Assembly (NCBI GenBank): GCA_949291455.1
Contig: CASEVQ010000002.1
Span: forward strand, 5,763-69,762
Length of the DNA stretch: 64,000 nucleotides
Source: an uncultured bacterium
GTDB lineage: Bacteria; Bacillota_I; Bacilli_A; RF39; UBA660
Direction: 5' to 3'
In this document: positions 39,958-50,111 of the stretch, in pieces
Layout: each line of letters begins with the position of its first letter
Position numbering within the stretch: position 1 is the stretch's first letter
The notes under the pieces: model-generated
Told to the model about the DNA's origin: nothing
What the model saw: only the letters and a program-made list of their open reading frames with translations
Database searches by the model: none
Program-made: the position numbers and the translations under genes

Positions 39958-40659
39958 ATGCTAATAAATAACTACAATATAGAAATCAATAAAAAAGATG
40001 TTAAAAATATAAATCTTAAAGTGTATCCTGATTTATCTATTAAAGCATCAGTCCCCAAAAATATGAATATATCTAAAGTGAAAACAATGGTAATTTCTAA
40101 AAATGAGTGGATTAAAAATCAATTAAGAAAATATGAAGAACAAAATCGTATTTCTAAAAGGAAATATGTATCTGGAGAAGATCATTATTTAAATGGGAAA
40201 AGATATATTCTTAGAGTTTATGATTCAAATACTCCAAGTGTTAAAATTGAAAAAAATAATATATTAGCAATGTATGTAAGAAAGTCTTCAAGCATTAAAA
40301 ACAAAGAGAAATTATTAAATGAATTTTATAAGGATAATTTAAAAGTTAAAATTGATAAATTTATGCCTAAAATTGAAGAAAAAATTGGAGTTAAGTCAAA
40401 TAGTTATTTTATCAGAAAAATGAAGAATAAATGGGGGAGTTGTAATACTGACAAAAAAAATATAGTATTTAATCTTGATTTAGCCAAAAAGAAAGATGTA
40501 GAAATTAAGTATGTAATAACACATGAATTAATTCACTTAATAGAAAGAAAACATAATGATAATTTTAGATTACTTGTGAATAAGTATTGTCCTAAATGGG
40601 AACAATATCATGATTCGCTAAATGAAGTATTAAATGATAATAAAATGTTTGAAAATTAG
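39958..40659 (+). CDS. YgjP/DUF45 (M48-like) metal-dependent hydrolase, Type I R-M associated
   Basis: MKNKWGSC and YVITHELIHLIERKH. Confidence 0.9.
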   Translation: MLINNYNIEINKKDVKNINLKVYPDLSIKASVPKNMNISKVKTMVISKNEWIKNQLRKYEEQNRISKRKYVSGEDHYLNGKRYILRVYDSNTPSVKIEKNNILAMYVRKSSSIKNKEKLLNEFYKDNLKVKIDKFMPKIEEKIGVKSNSYFIRKMKNKWGSCNTDKKNIVFNLDLAKKKDVEIKYVITHELIHLIERKHNDNFRLLVNKYCPKWEQYHDSLNEVLNDNKMFEN

Positions 40660-40768
40660 TGAATAAGCAGTAATAAATACAAAAATGTGCTATAATTATA
40701 CATAGATAATAGAGTTACATTTCATTTAATGATGGAGTGTGCTCTATTTTTTGATTGGAGGTGTTAAA

Positions 40769-43700
40769 ATGATTGATAACATTATGTTAGATGTTGAATT
40801 AAAAAAGAAAGATAAAGAAGATATGAAAACTATTGAAATAATACGAGAAGAACTTAAAAATTATAATATGATCGATTTTATAGAAAAAGTTTCGGCTCTT
40901 ATACTTATTCCAGAGAATCAAAGTAAATCAGTTATATTTCAAACAATGATAAGTACTGCTATATCTTTAAATGAGTGCAACTATAATAAAGATAATAAGA
41001 TGAGTTACGGAAAATTCAAGCAATTTGTTTATAAATTCTCTAATTTAAATAAAAAAGTTATGATTGATCCTCCAGAATTTCCATTTGTATTACCAGTTAT
41101 CTATTATGATAATTACTATGTTTTTATGGGTTCTAATTCCTTATCGCCATTATATGTTAATCAAATGTTAAAATTATTTAGTATATATAGTGATAAGTTA
41201 GATCCTACGGAATCCAAAATATTGAAAAAATTAATTAATGGACTGTTGATTATATCAAGCAAAATATTTTTGAAATTAGATATTAATTTTAATGATTTAA
41301 AAAGTTTTAATAAGGATATTGATATAAAGATATTACCTTCCAATATTATGAATAAATACTGTGATATGGTTAAATTTGATACAGAAGAATTAAAAACTTT
41401 GCTAGGGGAAGATTATAGTGACTTAATTATTAATTTTGGTGATATTTCAGTAAATGAAATAAGTAATTTTGACAATCAAAAATTTTATAGAAAACCATTT
41501 ATAATTTCTGATAAGTTCGCAATTATATTAGATGTTACGACTATTATTTCTTTAATAATGAATTTAATTATTAAAAGATTTATTAAATGTAATGAAATAA
41601 ATATATTCACAGAATATAATAAATTAAGTTTACTTAATTTAAACAAAGATTTTTTCAGAATGGGCTTTCAAGAACTTGATCCTAAGACGTTTAGTATCGT
41701 TTTAGATAGAAATGAGAATATTAATGAATCAATATATATTTGTGGAAACGATATTGTATTTTATAATTTAGTCTTATTTGATAACGGACAAAATTATGAA
41801 AACGAACAAAACTATTATCTTGACATTGATAAACACTATATTGCAAAAAGAATAAAATATATATCATCACATCTAAAAAAAGAGAATATAGCTGAAGATA
41901 AGATTATTACAATAATTACTCCAACAACATTAGGAAGAAATATGTATTATATGTTAAGCGTTAATAAAAGTCATAATTTGCTTACATTAAGTCAATATGA
42001 AATAAATGCAATCGCTATTAATGAACAGGATAATTTAATGTTTTTATACAGATATATAAAAGCTAGAAATAGATTAGAACATTACCATAAAAATTTATTT
42101 TCAGAATTAAATATAGTAGCATTATATTCTGAACATGATAATTCGTTTTATTTTAGTGATGATTTTGATACCAAGGAAACACCAATGTATCTAATAGGTG
42201 AATATAGTAGCGATTATATTTTAAAATCATATATAAATGAGTCTTTTCATTTGGCAAAATATAAAAATAGATTTTCTATGATTGAAGTAATAAAACAAGA
42301 TGATAACATTTATTTTGCGCCAGGTTTATTTTTTAATAGACAATTAAATAATCTAATTGAATGTAATAAATTTTTTATTTGGGTATTTAGTGATGAACAA
42401 ATTATCGGAAATCTGTATTCATCTGTGAAGTTAATAATAGATATGATTTCATACTGGCTATCACAATTTTATGATTTTCTAAGTTTAATTAGTGGTGTAT
42501 TCAATATTGTAATCCATTGTGATGACAGTTTAAATATAATTCAATATGATAAAAACGAAAAAGCAGGCGAAATAAAGTTTGTCATAAATAATAATACATT
42601 AGATTTATACTTTATGAAAAATTCTCTTAAATATTTTGATGATAATGGTAATTCTAAAGAAAAGGAATTTATTTTTAATATTATTAATTATATTTGTGAT
42701 GAATATTGTATAAATATAGATCCAAATCTTATAGATAAGAAATTTGAGAATACCTATAAAAAGAAAATTATAACTATGAATTCTCTAGAAGATGCTTATA
42801 TGTTGCCATTTGATGATCAACCTCTTGTAAAAGTTAATAGTTCTGATATAAATTTAATTTTAGATGACGTTGGATTATTTTTGAAAAATGAGCTAAACAT
42901 AGATTATGGGAAAATAAATGATTATAAAGTTTTAAATCATATTGTTGGATTTCTGTATCATAAATTATTAAATATTGTTTCAAAGTATAAAAAAGAGCAG
43001 TTAATAGATTTCTTATATACTGAATTCGAAAAAAATTTATCATCAATGTTAATTAGGCAATCTAAATATGCAAACGATATAGCATGTTATCCAAATAGAA
43101 AAACGGAAATAAATAATATTATAAATGAATTAAACAGAACATCAGTTGCTTTAAAATTTTTAATTGAACTTGTTGGTTCAACGAAAGTTATTGGTATAGA
43201 AGATATATCTATATATGAGTTAAACTATGCTCTTTCACTTTCATCTACAATAATCGATTTTGCTTATACATGTGATATTTATAATTATAATATGGCAGAA
43301 AATACTTTGACATTATTGAATTCAAATAGGATTGGCTATAATAGAAATTTCTTAAATCGTGTTAATAAAGTACTAAAATCTGCTAAAACGGAAAAAATGT
43401 CTCCTGTTATTAAAAATAAACGTGAGCATATATTTAAATATACAGATATAGCAAAAAAAGAGATTCTTGGATTTGAAGATTCGTTTTTTGAAGAGTTTGG
43501 TTTTATGTTTAATGATTTTACTGAAGTTACTGTTTCATTGCTAGAAATAGCAAAAGATCAAGATAGTACATTAAATAGTGTTTTTAGTTTTACAAGAGAT
43601 GAAATAAAAAAATATATAAATAATTGTATAAGTAATGAAACAATTGATAGTATTATTGACTATCTTTCTCAAATTGAAAGAGATGATTATTTATTACCAT

Positions 43701-44374
43701 CTACTCCCTATAAAAAAGAAGATGTATATCCTTGGCGAAATAATAGAGAGTTGTCATTAAACAGAAAACCGTTGATACAATATAAAGATAAAATAATATA
43801 TGGTTATAGAACCTTGATTAATTCAGTGAATTTTCTCTTTGAAATAATAAATAATGGTACCTTTAAATCTCACAACCCTAAAATGAAAAGATACATCTCT
43901 GAAATTTCAAGAGAAAGAGGAGATTATTTCAATGAACTGGTATTTAATTATCTTTCAAGTTATGATGATTTAATTGTAGATAAAAAAGTGAATAAAATAA
44001 ACAAAAAAAGAATAGTGGATAGTAATAATAAAATTCTAGGTGATATTGACATAATAATTATATCAAAAAGAAAAAAGAAAATTATGATTTGTGAAACCAA
44101 AAATTTTGAATTATCTAGAAATATGTATGAATTACATTTTGAATATAAAGATATGTTTGATCCTAAAAATGAAAAGAGTTTTTATAATAAACATATGAAA
44201 AGAGTAAATTGGTGCAGGAAAAGTATTGATGAAATTAAGAAACATTATAAATTATCAAATACAAATTGGATGATAGATTATTGCTTTATTGTCAATGAAC
44301 CATTAGTTAGTAATAAGGCAATGAAAGCTAATGTGAAAACTTGCACAATAGAAGAATTGGATAAATATATATAA
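40769..44374 (+). CDS. large protein with C-terminal PD-(D/E)xK nuclease-like domain
   Basis: RGDYFNE...GDIDIIII...ICETKN near the C-terminus; RBS GGAGGTG before ATG 40769. Confidence 0.7.
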   Translation: MIDNIMLDVELKKKDKEDMKTIEIIREELKNYNMIDFIEKVSALILIPENQSKSVIFQTMISTAISLNECNYNKDNKMSYGKFKQFVYKFSNLNKKVMIDPPEFPFVLPVIYYDNYYVFMGSNSLSPLYVNQMLKLFSIYSDKLDPTESKILKKLINGLLIISSKIFLKLDINFNDLKSFNKDIDIKILPSNIMNKYCDMVKFDTEELKTLLGEDYSDLIINFGDISVNEISNFDNQKFYRKPFIISDKFAIILDVTTIISLIMNLIIKRFIKCNEINIFTEYNKLSLLNLNKDFFRMGFQELDPKTFSIVLDRNENINESIYICGNDIVFYNLVLFDNGQNYENEQNYYLDIDKHYIAKRIKYISSHLKKENIAEDKIITIITPTTLGRNMYYMLSVNKSHNLLTLSQYEINAIAINEQDNLMFLYRYIKARNRLEHYHKNLFSELNIVALYSEHDNSFYFSDDFDTKETPMYLIGEYSSDYILKSYINESFHLAKYKNRFSMIEVIKQDDNIYFAPGLFFNRQLNNLIECNKFFIWVFSDEQIIGNLYSSVKLIIDMISYWLSQFYDFLSLISGVFNIVIHCDDSLNIIQYDKNEKAGEIKFVINNNTLDLYFMKNSLKYFDDNGNSKEKEFIFNIINYICDEYCINIDPNLIDKKFENTYKKKIITMNSLEDAYMLPFDDQPLVKVNSSDINLILDDVGLFLKNELNIDYGKINDYKVLNHIVGFLYHKLLNIVSKYKKEQLIDFLYTEFEKNLSSMLIRQSKYANDIACYPNRKTEINNIINELNRTSVALKFLIELVGSTKVIGIEDISIYELNYALSLSSTIIDFAYTCDIYNYNMAENTLTLLNSNRIGYNRNFLNRVNKVLKSAKTEKMSPVIKNKREHIFKYTDIAKKEILGFEDSFFEEFGFMFNDFTEVTVSLLEIAKDQDSTLNSVFSFTRDEIKKYINNCISNETIDSIIDYLSQIERDDYLLPSTPYKKEDVYPWRNNRELSLNRKPLIQYKDKIIYGYRTLINSVNFLFEIINNGTFKSHNPKMKRYISEISRERGDYFNELVFNYLSSYDDLIVDKKVNKINKKRIVDSNNKILGDIDIIIISKRKKKIMICETKNFELSRNMYELHFEYKDMFDPKNEKSFYNKHMKRVNWCRKSIDEIKKHYKLSNTNWMIDYCFIVNEPLVSNKAMKANVKTCTIEELDKYI

Positions 44375-44408
44375 AATAAGAGTCGACTGAATCAGATCTT
44401 TTAATATG

Positions 44409-44681
44409 TTAATCTGTATGAGTATCTTCTTTATCATAATTCCATTGAATGGTTGCAAGACTTTTTAGAAATTCAACATCAATATCAAAGCATTTAATTA
44501 CGTATTTAGTAGGTACACAATGAGATGGTAAATATTTATTTGGATACTTATCTCTAAATTTCTTTTCAATATTTCTTTTGATAGTTCCTGCAACTGATTG
44601 AGTAAAATCTGCTATTTTCATTATATCTTGAATCGATACTCATGGTTTAGCTAATATATTTAATATTTCATTAGCTATCAC
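44409..44681 (-). pseudogene. excisionase-like gene with nonsense codon
   Basis: GTG start; IANEILNILAKP*VSIQDIMKIAD aligns with TAKETLTLISKQWCDLEDLRKLTG (9133-9372); TGA at 44642-44640. Confidence 0.65.
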
Positions 44682-45027
44682 AATAAATCCCCCCCTTTTT
44701 CAAAAGGTAGTATATTAATCACTTATTATTAGAAATCGGTCAAGAATAATACAGTTAAAAGATAAAGTTCTTTTTTCTCAAAATGTAAAATGAAATCTTC
44801 TCATTTTGTAAAATGGTTATTTTTAATTAGGCATATCGTGTCTAATTTTATTGGTACCTAAAATGATAAATTTAGCAAAAACAGCGAATAGTAACATCAA
44901 AATAATCATGTCTCAAAATAGGACTTCTCTCATAAAAATATTATATAAAACTGGCTTATAATGTGGCAAAAATGTCTTTGAAAAATATTTGACAAATTGC
45001 TAATTTTTTTTAGCAAAAATAAAATGG

Positions 45028-45056
45028 CCCCTGAAGGATCCATAATGCTCCTTTTT
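45028..45056 (+). repeat. att core (outer right junction) + terminator-like hairpin
   Basis: CCCCTGAAGGA (matches 5015-5025), then imperfect AAGGATC/GCTCCTT stem and T-run. Confidence 0.65.
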
Positions 45057-45179
45057 CACATTTATTTTTTTAGACTATTATTAACTGATGAATTTCTTTT
45101 TTTAGAAAAAAGAGCATATGATATAAAATTTATAAAATGTGATGTATAATATTATAAAAAGATTTGGTGATGTCAATAA

Positions 45180-45830
45180 ATGAAGAATATAAAAAGAAAT
45201 ATTGTATATATTGGTTATGATTCATATTACAAAGATACTCTTAAATTACGTGATACAAAAATAAATAATATTAAACCAAATTTAATTAATATTGATACAT
45301 TAGAAGAACTTGATAGAAAACAAGGATTCTTGTTGTTACTTACAATGGATGAATTATATGATTATTTTCCTAATATAGTAGATATATTTGAACCAGATGT
45401 TTATGAAATTGATAGATATTTGAGAAAAAAGTTTAAAAATTTTGAATACGTAATTGTAATTTCAATTGAAGAGTTTGATTATGGCCATATACCTTTTTCT
45501 AATATGTATGTAGTATTTGCAAATAACTATTTCAATACAGACGAAGGTATTAATGTCTTAATAGATAAAATATCTAAAGAATTTATATCTAAGAAAGAAA
45601 GTAAACTATCAAAAATAAAATGTAATAATGTAGAAAAATTAAGAACTTTTATTAAAAAGTCTAAGAAAGATTTTTTTACAACAGAAGAAATAAAACAAAA
45701 ATTAAATGTAAATGAAAAATGGATTCAAAGATATATGAAAGAAATGAATAATATTTATAATAATATAGGCTATAATAAAAGAAAAAGGTTATGGTATGTT
45801 GTAAAAAAAACAACACGAAAAAATAAATAA
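45180..45830 (+). CDS. protein with C-terminal winged HTH (putative regulator)
   Basis: FTTEEIKQKLNVNEKWIQRYMKEM...IGYNKRKRLWYV resembles HTH_11-type wHTH. Confidence 0.65.
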   Translation: MKNIKRNIVYIGYDSYYKDTLKLRDTKINNIKPNLINIDTLEELDRKQGFLLLLTMDELYDYFPNIVDIFEPDVYEIDRYLRKKFKNFEYVIVISIEEFDYGHIPFSNMYVVFANNYFNTDEGINVLIDKISKEFISKKESKLSKIKCNNVEKLRTFIKKSKKDFFTTEEIKQKLNVNEKWIQRYMKEMNNIYNNIGYNKRKRLWYVVKKTTRKNK

Positions 45831-45943
45831 AAGCAATGAAAAACGTAGAAATACGTTTTATTTTTTTGTCCATCACAAAACACTAGTCCAGCAAAAATTT
45901 TAATTAAGAGTTATAGTTATATCAAGAAAAGGAGGAATAGCAT

Positions 45944-46648
45944 ATGTTAGAGTTTGTTGAAAAACTATTAAGTTCACAAGATAACATTATAGATCAGCTA
46001 AAATTATTAAGAGAAAATAAAGATAATAAGGAGGTTAAGAAATATATGCGAGCTCTTGTTAAAGACAATAACTCGCCATATTTCAAATATTGTATTGACA
46101 AATATTATTTTAATAAAGATGTAAAGGAGGTAAAACCATCAATAAGACCATTAAGACCACTGTATCATTTGAGAAAAACAAAAAAAATACAGAGTCTTTT
46201 AGAATCTAGAAATAATATTATTGATCAACTTAAGTTACTAAAAGAATATAAAGGTACTAAATATGTTGATACTTATATTAAAGAATATTTAGAACTTTGG
46301 TCAAATGAGTACGAAGCTTACTGCATTCAAAAATATTACTATGATATGGATGTTAAAGAAGTAGAACCTAATGCCAAAAGTCTTAATATTACTTTATATA
46401 GAATTTCTTTTAAAGAAACAGAAAGTAAACAAGAAAAAGACAAACAAAATGGTTATGCAAAATCAGTCAAGAAAAACGATAAAATAAAAATACTAGATGG
46501 TCCTTTTAAAAATCAAATCGGAATAGTAAATTCCTTTGATAGAGGTAATTCTAAAATATTTGTTACAATTTGTCTTTTTGAAGAAAAATTTAATATAGAA
46601 TATGATGGTAAGTTTGAAAAAATTAAGGAGGCTAAAAGTGAAAAATAG
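45944..46648 (+). CDS. tandem-repeat protein with C-terminal NusG-type KOW domain
   Basis: Two ~60-aa repeats (LL.S..NIIDQLKLL.E.K...YCI.KYY...DVKEV.P); KNDKIKILDGPFKNQIGIV...KIFVTICLF. Confidence 0.75.
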   Translation: MLEFVEKLLSSQDNIIDQLKLLRENKDNKEVKKYMRALVKDNNSPYFKYCIDKYYFNKDVKEVKPSIRPLRPLYHLRKTKKIQSLLESRNNIIDQLKLLKEYKGTKYVDTYIKEYLELWSNEYEAYCIQKYYYDMDVKEVEPNAKSLNITLYRISFKETESKQEKDKQNGYAKSVKKNDKIKILDGPFKNQIGIVNSFDRGNSKIFVTICLFEEKFNIEYDGKFEKIKEAKSEK

Positions 46649-49319
46649 AATAGAGTTACATGCTAAAACAAAATATAGCATAGACCATGAAAGTACAATC
46701 GATATTAAAGAATTAATATTAAAGTGTGCCAGTAATGGTGAAAAAGGTGTAGCTATTGTTGATAAAGATAGCGTCCTTAGTTTTTTAAAAGCAGAGAAAA
46801 TACTAAAAGAATTAAATATAAAAAATTTTAAATTAGTATATGGAATAGAAGTAAATGTTTTTATTGAAAAACTAACTTATAAAGCTGTAATTCTATTAAA
46901 GAAAAGAAATGGACTTTCCACACTATATAGAATGTTATCCCCTTACTTCACTAATAATAAATTACTATTAGAAGATTTAATGCTTAGTAAAAAGAATTTT
47001 ATAATTGGTTTAATATATGAACAAGACAATTATAATTCTAATATATTACAATATTTTAATTATGTAGAAGTAGATGATAAAGTATCTGAAGAAGTAATTG
47101 CCAATTTAAAAAGAAAGACTTTAGTAGTTTACTCAAATAGAATTAATGCCTTATCAAAAGATGAAGAATTAAGTAAAAAAGTTCTTTATAACAAATTACA
47201 TATAAAAGAAAAAATTGATACTAGAATCTATAAAAGTACACAAGAAATTTTAAAACAGGTAAAAGATATGGAAATTGTTATTGATAACCCTAATAAAATA
47301 TTTAATATGATAGAGAATTTCAACTTGTTAGAAAATAACATTTATTTACCTGTAGATGATAATTCATATATTGATTTGTTAGTGAATACTAAACTGAATG
47401 AAAAATATAATAATGATATTCCGTTGAAAGTAAAAAAACGTATTGAAGAAGAATTGAAACTTATTAAAGAACATAATTATGAAGGATTCATTAATTTATA
47501 TAAAAAAATAATTGATAAGTGCAAAGAAGAACAGGAAGAATATGTTATTTGTGATTACATTAATTATTTATATATTGCTTATTTACTAGGAATAACACAT
47601 TTTGATCCAATAAAGCATAATCTAAATTACGAACTTTTTTTTATCAATCATCCCAAAATCACCATTAAAATATCACCAGAATTTGTTAAAAAATTAAATA
47701 TTTTTATTAAAGAAGAACTAAATGTTAATATGATTAGATGTAAAGGATTGATGAGATTAAATAGTAGTAATGTTAAAAATATAATTAGTGATTATGAGAA
47801 AAAATATAATATTAAAATCTCTACTTCGGATAAGTTACTTATAAATAAATATTTAATGAATTATCCAATTAATAATTGGGCATTAACTCCAAAAAAATTT
47901 ATATTACCTGCTGGTGTTAATATATTTGACTTATCACCCCGTGAGCTTATAAAAGAAGATGATTCATATCATAGAGTTACAAATATGGATTATAAGGATA
48001 TTGAAGAAAATTTTATAACATTAGAATTAATATCAACCGATAAATTAATGCATTTAATGGAATTGAAAGACATTACTAAAGATAAGATAATTAATTGTAA
48101 CTATAAAGATAGTAATATTATAAAAAGTGAAGCTTTTCAAGATTATTTAGAATCTTATCAAAAAGATATATTATTGGATGATTTATATGAAGATTGCTTA
48201 AATAGCAAAATTGATTTGATTGAAATATTTAATATAATTAATGAAATAAAGCATGAAAAAAATATTTCTAATAAAACTAAGAAAATATTGACTAAAAACA
48301 ATATAGTAATAAACGACAAGAATGCTAATTTTATTTGTATAGGCATATTAAATGAAAGAACTAGATTAGAATATGAACTATTGTATTTTAAAAAATATTA
48401 TCCATTAGAGTACTATTATGTTTTATTAAAAGATTGTCCTTTTAATGATGTTATAGACATTATAAAAAATGGTTATGAAGAGGTTAAAAATAGAATTAAA
48501 GATTATTCAAAATATAGATATGAACATAAATATTTAAAGTTAGTAGCAAAGTTATATGAATCAAATATTAATTTTTCTATTGAAGAAAGAGAAATAGTAG
48601 AAGATTATTGTTTTGAATTAGATAAGGAAAATAAAAAAATAGTTTTAATAACTAATAAGACAAATAATGAAATTTATAAATATTTATCTAATAATTTATC
48701 TGTAATAGGAACAAGACCAATAAATGGAAAAATGCCTTATATGAGTAAAATAATCGCTAAATTAATAAGAATTAATAAAGATGTAATATTGTTTGGATTA
48801 GATGGAAAAACTAATTTTTATTTAGAATATCTATTATCTGAAATAACTAGAATAGATAGAAAAGCAATTAGGCAATATTTAAATCCATGTTCTTGCTATA
48901 AGGATAGTATTTTAACAATCGATGAAGAAAGTTATATTAATGGAATAAGATATTTGTTATATCATAATTTAACAATAAAAGATTACCATAATGTTAAAGA
49001 TATTATTATTGATGATGTTAATGTTAACATGATGATAGATAAATTAATTTATATGATTGAAGAGAGTGAAAGTAAAGTAATAATCATTGATAGAGTTGAA
49101 TCTATAGACGGTAATATTAGTAATACTTTAGAAAGAATAAAAGAAATTGCTAAATTAAAAAAACTTAATATTATACTTTTTACAAATCTAAAAAAAGAAT
49201 ATGAAGAATCTAACAAAAAGGATATATCTTCGTTTGAAAATAATGAATTGTTGGATAAATATGTTGATTATATAAATATTTTAGATGGTAAAGAGTTATA
49301 TCATATAAAGGAAAAATAA
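46638..49319 (+). CDS. degenerate PolC-like (PHP + palm) protein fused to a degenerate DnaB-like ATPase domain
   Basis: RIELHAKTKYS, VAIVDK, KLVYGIE, KRIEEELKLI, IAYLLGITHFDP and LYFKKYYPLEYY track PolC; LSVIGTRPINGK...IIIDRVESI...IAKLKKLNIILFTNL tracks DnaB. RBS AAGGAGG before GTG 46638. Confidence 0.8.
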   Translation: MKNRIELHAKTKYSIDHESTIDIKELILKCASNGEKGVAIVDKDSVLSFLKAEKILKELNIKNFKLVYGIEVNVFIEKLTYKAVILLKKRNGLSTLYRMLSPYFTNNKLLLEDLMLSKKNFIIGLIYEQDNYNSNILQYFNYVEVDDKVSEEVIANLKRKTLVVYSNRINALSKDEELSKKVLYNKLHIKEKIDTRIYKSTQEILKQVKDMEIVIDNPNKIFNMIENFNLLENNIYLPVDDNSYIDLLVNTKLNEKYNNDIPLKVKKRIEEELKLIKEHNYEGFINLYKKIIDKCKEEQEEYVICDYINYLYIAYLLGITHFDPIKHNLNYELFFINHPKITIKISPEFVKKLNIFIKEELNVNMIRCKGLMRLNSSNVKNIISDYEKKYNIKISTSDKLLINKYLMNYPINNWALTPKKFILPAGVNIFDLSPRELIKEDDSYHRVTNMDYKDIEENFITLELISTDKLMHLMELKDITKDKIINCNYKDSNIIKSEAFQDYLESYQKDILLDDLYEDCLNSKIDLIEIFNIINEIKHEKNISNKTKKILTKNNIVINDKNANFICIGILNERTRLEYELLYFKKYYPLEYYYVLLKDCPFNDVIDIIKNGYEEVKNRIKDYSKYRYEHKYLKLVAKLYESNINFSIEEREIVEDYCFELDKENKKIVLITNKTNNEIYKYLSNNLSVIGTRPINGKMPYMSKIIAKLIRINKDVILFGLDGKTNFYLEYLLSEITRIDRKAIRQYLNPCSCYKDSILTIDEESYINGIRYLLYHNLTIKDYHNVKDIIIDDVNVNMMIDKLIYMIEESESKVIIIDRVESIDGNISNTLERIKEIAKLKKLNIILFTNLKKEYEESNKKDISSFENNELLDKYVDYINILDGKELYHIKEK

Positions 49320-49320
49320 G

Positions 49321-49992
49321 ATGGACAAGGTTAAAGAATATATTTTAAACAATAAGATTACACTTGTTATTACTTCACCAAACTCAAAAATTTTATCTAT
49401 TATTAATTTACTAAATGAATTATCAATTAAAGGAAAATATAAGACTATTTTATTCAGTTTTAACATTAGCTGTAATTATTATTTACAAAAGTTAATATCA
49501 TTTCTATCAGGCATTAACAATAGTATAATCACAAAGTATTTTTATCCATATGTAATAAATAGTAAAAAGAATAGAGATAAGATTAATCGTAATAAATTTA
49601 TTGATTCATTAGAAGAAATACAGAGTAGCAATATTTTAATGAATAGTGAAAAATATGCTGTTGATAAAGATTATTTAGATTATATTCTAGATTACTCAGA
49701 AAGCAATGTGTTAATAATTGATGATTTTTATGCATTACTAGATAAGACAAAGTATAGTCTAGATGAAATATTAATAAAAGTAAAAGAGAAACAAGATATT
49801 CATTTAGTTTTGTTTATAAAGACAAAATATAAAGAAAAAGTAGTAAGACAATTTGCCGAAGTAATAAGAAATTATATTTTTATAGATGGATTTAATTATG
49901 AGGAATATAAAGAGATAAATATTAATATTTTAAATAAAACATTCAAATTGCAATTCAATAAAATGAATCAAATAATGAAGACAAACGATTAA
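49321..49992 (+). CDS. second, more degenerate DnaB/RecA-fold-like protein
   Basis: Similar to the C-terminus of the upstream protein (TILFSFN...NYYLQKLISFLSGI...KYFYP versus VILFGLD...NFYLEYLLSEITRI...QYLNP); LIIDD Walker B-like, no Walker A. Confidence 0.6.
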   Translation: MDKVKEYILNNKITLVITSPNSKILSIINLLNELSIKGKYKTILFSFNISCNYYLQKLISFLSGINNSIITKYFYPYVINSKKNRDKINRNKFIDSLEEIQSSNILMNSEKYAVDKDYLDYILDYSESNVLIIDDFYALLDKTKYSLDEILIKVKEKQDIHLVLFIKTKYKEKVVRQFAEVIRNYIFIDGFNYEEYKEININILNKTFKLQFNKMNQIMKTND

Positions 49993-50111
49993 GAAAATTG
50001 ATAAATTTGAAAATATATTGTAAGAGTTTATATTATTAAAGAGCATTGGAGTTTTTAAGAAAAGTAAGGGCTGATATGCTATACTAAGATTAGTAAGTTA
50101 GAGGTGAGTAT

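Noticed and set aside
16865-44642. In-frame TGA in istA and in the xis-like gene, suggesting UGA=Trp (code 4)
   Set aside because: Intact genes use TGG for Trp and some end at TGA; the istA TGA sits at a likely Arg position in an already frameshifted gene.
46638-49319. Functional replicative DNA polymerase III (polC/dnaE)
   Set aside because: Catalytic aspartates and PHP metal ligands are missing, so no gene symbol was assigned.
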